Positions 58,923 through 64,000 of a stretch of 64,000 bases of DNA are shown here, in pieces. The translations under genes were made by a program, and so were the position numbers. Every line of letters begins with the position of its first letter. Position 1 is the stretch's first letter. The stretch spans positions 1,284-65,283 of the forward strand of contig JBFWYG010000018.1 of NCBI GenBank assembly GCA_050186725.1. The letters run 5' to 3'. Under the pieces are notes generated by a model that saw nothing but the letters and a program-made list of their open reading frames with translations, was not told the DNA's origin and ran no database searches. The stretch comes from Gammaproteobacteria bacterium. GTDB lineage: Bacteria > Pseudomonadota > Gammaproteobacteria > Ga0077536.

Positions 58923-59693
58923 TCACCACACTTTCCACGGTGCACTCCCGGACGCCCACATTTCCTGCAAGCGAAGCTTGTCTCTCAAAGTATCCATGCA
59001 TTGCCAGAATCCCTCATGTTTATAGGCCATGAGTTGGCCATCGGCGGCCAGGGTCTCGAGCGGCTTTCCCTCGAGAACCGTTTCGTCCCCTTCCAAGTAG
59101 TCGAAAACTTCCGGCTCGAAGACAAAGAAGCCGCCGTTTATCCATCCTTCCCCGGTCTGAAGCTTTTCCTTGAACTCGAGCACTTGGTCACCCTGGAAGT
59201 GCATGGTGCCGAACCGCGCCGGCGGCCTGACCGCAGTCACAGTAGCAACTCGGCCGTGCTTTCGATGAAAGTCCAGGAGCTTATGGATATCAATGTCGCA
59301 GACGCCGTCACCGTAGGTCAGCATGAACGTGCCGCCGGGGCGCAGCAGAGACTCCAGGCGATGGAGCCTGCCACCGGTCATTGTAGCTGCGCCGGTATCC
59401 GTCATCTGAATGCGCCAGTTGATGGTCGGTGACGTTTCGTACTGGATCTCGCCATTGGCAAGATCGATGCTCAGATCTCGGTAGGAGGCGTAGAAATTGA
59501 GAAAGTACTGCTTGATGAACTCGCCCTTGTAGCCAAGAGCAATCACGAAATCCTCAAAGCCATAGGCAGCATAGGCCTTCATGATGTGCCACAGGATTGG
59601 CTGCTCTCCAATCTCGACCATCGGCTTCGGTCTGACACCCGTTTCCTCCGCCAGGCGAGTGCCAAAACCGCCGGCCAGCAACACCACTTTCAT
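58923..59693 (-). CDS. rfbF: Glucose-1-phosphate cytidylyltransferase
   Basis: LAGGFGTRLAEET..RPKPMVEIG, TMTGGRL, TYGDG, WINGGFF, FWQCMDTLRD. Confidence 0.95.
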   Translation of the reverse strand: MKVVLLAGGFGTRLAEETGVRPKPMVEIGEQPILWHIMKAYAAYGFEDFVIALGYKGEFIKQYFLNFYASYRDLSIDLANGEIQYETSPTINWRIQMTDTGAATMTGGRLHRLESLLRPGGTFMLTYGDGVCDIDIHKLLDFHRKHGRVATVTAVRPPARFGTMHFQGDQVLEFKEKLQTGEGWINGGFFVFEPEVFDYLEGDETVLEGKPLETLAADGQLMAYKHEGFWQCMDTLRDKLRLQEMWASGSAPWKVW

Positions 59694-60099
59694 TACTGAT
59701 CCCTTCCTCTAGAAAAGTGCCGCCTAAGGCGCCTAGTATGGAATTCGAGCATTTCTTTCACTAAGGACTTGCTCGCAATAATCCGTGAGCGGTAAACCTG
59801 AGCGCAAGTATGGTCGTGCCAAGCAATCGACCATCGGCGTTGAAGCATACACTGGCTCGATGGGCGCTTCACAGACAACCCGGATGCGCCGGGTCGAACA
59901 CGTGAGTCACACCCGGTAACGAGTTGTTAACAATCGTCAAAGGCAAGAGTCTTGCGGCCTCTGGATCGACGCCGATGAACAGTGCTCCGATAGAACCGAG
60001 GCCTGCCGTGTCGGCGGTCGCGACCATGTCTGGCGCGGCTTTCACGTTCCTCGCGTGTACGCCCACTTCAATAGCCGCTTGCATGCCTTTACCCTGGCG

Positions 60100-60295
60100 A
60101 AGACCGTCGATTAGAATCCGGTCGCGAGTTCCAACTACGTTGCTCATGCCGGCCCTGTCAAACTGGGATCGCAAATCGGCAGCATCGCGCACCGATAGAC
60201 TCGCTCAGCGACAATCGGCATCTGCGTCTCCCTGGCAGTATCCAGCGCACAGAACTCGTCGCGTTGCACGACAAAAGTCATGCACTCATGTTTGA
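60100..60295 (+). pseudogene. Possible eroded GT4 glycosyltransferase remnant
   Basis: Frame 60204-60293 reads LSDNRHLRLPGSIQRTELVALHDKSHALMF, resembling the GT4 pattern V.F.G.V...EL...Y..S...VF; no intact ORF. Confidence 0.3.
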
Positions 60296-60471
60296 ATGTA
60301 TCGACCCTGGGCGGTGCCGAGAATCCGGCAAATGCGCCTGGGACCTCCCATTGAGTTTGCGGAAGGTGAGCGAGATGGGCCGAACCGGTGCCTGGATACA
60401 CAGCCGCTGGGCCGGTATACGCTGGTTGGGCCCCGAAGCATTCAAAACGTTGCAGTTTGACGAGGTAAGTC

Positions 60472-61485
60472 TTGTCCAGTTCGCATGAATCCCAGGCAAC
60501 GTCCAAGCTTGCCTCCGTGGTGATTCCGGCTTACAACGCCGAAAATCAGATAACGGCCTGTGTCGAAGCGCTAGCCAAGCAATCTATTCCCTCGAGCCGA
60601 TTCGAGATCATCGTCGTTGACGATGGCTCTACCGACCATACCCGGGCGGTGCTCGAGACGTTGCCGGTTAGGACCATCCTGCAGGCGAATCAGGGGCCGG
60701 CCGGCGCGAGAAACACGGGCGCGGCGGCGGCAACTGGAGAGTTCATCCTCTTTATCGATTCGGACTGCGTCCCGAGCCCTGATTTCCTCGAGCAGATGCT
60801 AAAGCCGTTCGCGAATCAAGACGTAGTCGGGGTCAGCGGCGCGTACAAAACGAAGCAGCGAGCTCTAGTGGCCAGGTTCGCTCAGTTCGAGTTTGAAGAG
60901 CGGTACCGAATGCTGGAGAGCCAACCCTTCATCGACATGATCGCCTCGCATGCAGCGGCGTACCGCAGACAGACGTTTATCGAGTCGGGTGGATTCTTGC
61001 GCGAACTCAAGATGAATGAGGACGTCGAATTGTCCTATCGCCTTTCTACCCAGTCCGGCAAGCTGGTTTTCAATCCTCTGGCGGTCATTTACCACCTCCA
61101 TCCTGCGAGTTGCGCACGCTACTTCCGCATCAAAATCGGCCGCGGCTACTGGCGAATAATGGTGTACAAGGAGTTTCCGCAAAAAGCAGTCTCCGACACA
61201 TACACGCCGCAAAACCTGAAATACCAGGTGATGTCGATCTACTTGCTCGCATTATGCCTGGTGCTTGCACCGCTGATACCGAGTTTATTGTTCGTCGCCG
61301 CGGGCGTCTTCACTTTGTCCAGCGCTACCATGCTGCCGATGTGCATGAACGTTGCCAGACAAAGCCCTGGGATGGGCCTTGTTTGCCTGCCGCTCCTCTG
61401 GTTGCGCGCGCTGGCGCTGGGGCTGGGCAGCGCTGCAGCCTTGGTAAGGATCGCGTGGGAGGGCTTGCGGGCGAGGCTTCGCTAG
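60472..61485 (+). CDS. GT2 glycosyltransferase with C-terminal TM helices
   Basis: SVVIPAYN, VVDDGSTD, GPAGARN.G, FIDSDC, EDVEL; TTG start uncertain. Confidence 0.9.
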   Translation: MSSSHESQATSKLASVVIPAYNAENQITACVEALAKQSIPSSRFEIIVVDDGSTDHTRAVLETLPVRTILQANQGPAGARNTGAAAATGEFILFIDSDCVPSPDFLEQMLKPFANQDVVGVSGAYKTKQRALVARFAQFEFEERYRMLESQPFIDMIASHAAAYRRQTFIESGGFLRELKMNEDVELSYRLSTQSGKLVFNPLAVIYHLHPASCARYFRIKIGRGYWRIMVYKEFPQKAVSDTYTPQNLKYQVMSIYLLALCLVLAPLIPSLLFVAAGVFTLSSATMLPMCMNVARQSPGMGLVCLPLLWLRALALGLGSAAALVRIAWEGLRARLR

Positions 61486-61673
61486 ACCGTTCGAGCCCGC
61501 CGCGGGATGCGAGGTCGAGTGTGCAACGCCACCATTGTCCACTGGTCTGCCGCACATCGATGACTCACGCGGACGCGGCGGCCTCTTGCAAGTCTGGCGC
61601 GCGGCCTAAGAGCAACAGGCAGTCACACTTGCCGGGTCACCACGGCCGGATGCAGCGCTAGGCGGCCTATCAG

Positions 61674-63554
61674 TCAATGAGACGTGCCGCGTCGTAAGAC
61701 AATCAGATGGACGGAGTTCGGCTGGAGCGTTGTCGTGACAACATGTGACGAACCCTCGATTGTCACCACGTTGCTCGCGATACGTCCGGAATCGGCGCTG
61801 GTACGCGCGTTGACGATGTCTCTTATTTTCTGCATCTGCTGCTGATCGCGTTTCGGATCAAGCGATGCTGCTTGCTCAGCAATCGCGGCCCTCTCGGCAT
61901 AACTGTTTGCATGGTCCTTATCGATCACATATTCCTCGAAGGTCCATTTGCTGTCACCAGTCTTGAGTCCGGTGAGGCCGACGCTAACCTGAGCGACCTG
62001 GTGGACGCGTTCCATGGCGCCTCGAGCCACATGGACTACGCCCGTGACTTTCTTCGCAACCTCGCTCGGCAGATCGAGCCCTTCGACGCGAATTGTGCCA
62101 TCCAGTAGACCCTTGATGAGTTCCTCCTTGCTCCTTCGCGAATTCTTGAGCTGCTTCTTTAACGCGGCTCTATCTTCTTCGCCGAGTGTCCCGCCGTCTA
62201 TACCGAACGTGTTGTGAACTATGATGCGTCTGGAGGGAATGAAGTTGGCGAGAAGCAGATAAATCGCGTCGTCTTCGACAGTTGCCAGAGCCCTCACAAA
62301 GTCATCACCGGTCTCGACAAGCGTTATCTTGCCCTGCATCTTGCTCAAAAGCGCATACGTGTTGTAGACCGGCTTCGCTAGTCCGACGCGGGTAAAAAGC
62401 CCTGTTCCCCCGCCAAACGATGCGTTCGCTTTGGTGGCTTTGCTGAACGCAGGGATATCCATCAGTCCGAGATACAGGGGCTTCACGGTGCCATTCTCGA
62501 CCATGGAAATCACGCCGCTCGCGACGTAAGCGGCTTGAAACTCGCTGTCATTTTCGTGCTCAACCGGCTTCCACTCCGGCCAGTCATTGAGGATCAGTTC
62601 TACGCCTGAGTAGCCGAACTCGGACAGCCAGCTGCGAATGTTCTTTTCGGCTACGACCCAGTTTGCCGTGCGGCTTGGAACAGGGCTTGCCGCCGGATAG
62701 TCGTGCCAGGTGACCACCTTGACCGGTAGATTCTCGGACGCTGAGAATCGCAGCCAGTTGTACAGCATGGGTTTGCCGCCGTCTGTTGGCAGCGGAGCGA
62801 AGGTTACTCGACCGTCCGGCGTGCTCTGTGGGTGGGACTTGTTGAAGTGATCCGTCATCGGAGAAGACGGATTTATGCCGCCGACCTTGGCATTCTTGTC
62901 TGCTTGCAGGGCGCCTAGTGCGAAATGTTTGTAGTACTGGTGAAACTCTTGTTCGCTCCCGACCCAGTAGCTTTCGGGTTCATTACCGAGGACGTAGTAG
63001 ACGTTGCCCTTGGTATCGAGTTCGTTATTGAAGTGATGGACAAACGCACGGATGACTTCTTGCCATTTGACGTAGTCGGATGGCGGAACGCTCTGCCAGA
63101 TCTTTTCTCCTGCGCCTGTGCTTCCTTCGAAAATGCTCCCTTCATTGTGCGGGTCTGAAGACAACCACCGTGGCATTCCATTCTGAAACACCAGCTGTAT
63201 CCGCCCGCCGCGAGAAATCGTTTGGGAGACCAGCGGATCGAGCGCAGTCATTCGTCGCTTGATGTCTTCCAGGCTTAGAGAATCTCGCGTGATGCTAGTG
63301 GTATCCAGCAATATGTCACCGACGCGTTGTTCGGCAAAGAACTTCGACCAGACATAGGGAGGGATGTATTCGTGGATATAGGCGACTACATTGGTTCGAA
63401 GAACTGCATCTGCGGCGCGAGCAGTTGAATTGCTGGCATCCAGTGGGAAATTTATGCGAATCCCGCCCTGCGCGAATGTGGGGAACGAGTTGCTGATAAG
63501 AAGCAGGAACGCAATAGATAAGGTCCAGCTGTTGAATACCGAGCATCGATTCAT
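61674..63554 (-). CDS. Secreted GH39-like (clan GH-A) glycoside hydrolase
   Basis: Signal peptide, MPRWL, PP.DY..W, GNEP (acid/base), A.VGG, WHDY, GLF....KPVY; start taken at MNRCSV. Confidence 0.75.
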   Translation of the reverse strand: MNRCSVFNSWTLSIAFLLLISNSFPTFAQGGIRINFPLDASNSTARAADAVLRTNVVAYIHEYIPPYVWSKFFAEQRVGDILLDTTSITRDSLSLEDIKRRMTALDPLVSQTISRGGRIQLVFQNGMPRWLSSDPHNEGSIFEGSTGAGEKIWQSVPPSDYVKWQEVIRAFVHHFNNELDTKGNVYYVLGNEPESYWVGSEQEFHQYYKHFALGALQADKNAKVGGINPSSPMTDHFNKSHPQSTPDGRVTFAPLPTDGGKPMLYNWLRFSASENLPVKVVTWHDYPAASPVPSRTANWVVAEKNIRSWLSEFGYSGVELILNDWPEWKPVEHENDSEFQAAYVASGVISMVENGTVKPLYLGLMDIPAFSKATKANASFGGGTGLFTRVGLAKPVYNTYALLSKMQGKITLVETGDDFVRALATVEDDAIYLLLANFIPSRRIIVHNTFGIDGGTLGEEDRAALKKQLKNSRRSKEELIKGLLDGTIRVEGLDLPSEVAKKVTGVVHVARGAMERVHQVAQVSVGLTGLKTGDSKWTFEEYVIDKDHANSYAERAAIAEQAASLDPKRDQQQMQKIRDIVNARTSADSGRIASNVVTIEGSSHVVTTTLQPNSVHLIVLRRGTSH

Positions 63555-64000
63555 GTTCACTCGAAGGTCCCTCATCTGGAGAATCAGCTGATTGCCGAGA
63601 ACAGACACAGCAGTGCATCTAATCTGCGAACGATGCGCTCGGCGCCTTGCGCGCGCGCCGCTGCCGCGTTCCGTACCAGGTCATGACCGTGCGACATTTG
63701 TTCACGCGGGTCAAGTGTTTGCGGCGAGTGGTCGGTAGTGGACAGGTCGTTTCGAGATGCGTCGTGCGATAGAATCCACAAATGGTGCGCGTCTGGGCTG
63801 TCTTGTTCCCGATGATCTCCCCCTGCATATGAACGTTTATGGCCACGTTGGCAAGAGAGGGCGGGGCGCCGCGCGCAGAATCGCCGGACAAGGTAGGCGA
63901 CTAGCGTTGCGCTGCTGAGTATTTGTGCTGGTCTGCTCAAACACATCACCGCCGTGACGCCGTTCGGATTTCACATTCATGTCAATCGAGCTTCGCACTC

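Overview
Bacterial (probably proteobacterial) GC-rich window with no rRNA, tRNA, CRISPR array or intact transposase that I could see. It has four parts. (1) About 1-15 kb is a general-stress/dormancy gene island: a BON protein with a G/Q/Y/S low-complexity repeat, a Cys-rich small protein, Ku, an SDR, DUF6496, topoisomerase IB, hemerythrin, SRPBCC, a Zn-dehydrogenase, OtsB and FumC. Most of its transcription units are preceded by a sigma-54 (GG-N10-GC) promoter, and it contains an unannotated C-rich-loop sRNA candidate. (2) About 15-27 kb holds a TPR protein, TesB, GbsR-cydAB with a palindromic operator, a photoactive-yellow-protein homologue heading a GGDEF plus GGDEF-EAL operon, an alpha/beta hydrolase, a CBS protein and AlkB. 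(3) About 27-41 kb holds an S8 protease with its own exosortase cassette, a decaying PEP-utilizing/RPH-like pseudogene, an ATP-grasp protein, an RTX protein and a DUF1800-DUF1501 pair. (4) About 42-64 kb is a visibly more AT-rich surface-glycan region: SGNH, SxtJ/DUF5989/carbamoyltransferase, Wzz-like, DegT, RfbF, an epimerase, GT2s and a GH39-like protein. Embedded in it is a FAAL-desaturase-desaturase-ACP cassette with alkyne/polyyne-like gene order, plus a second divergent FAAL. All calls come from motif recognition by eye; no database searches were run.
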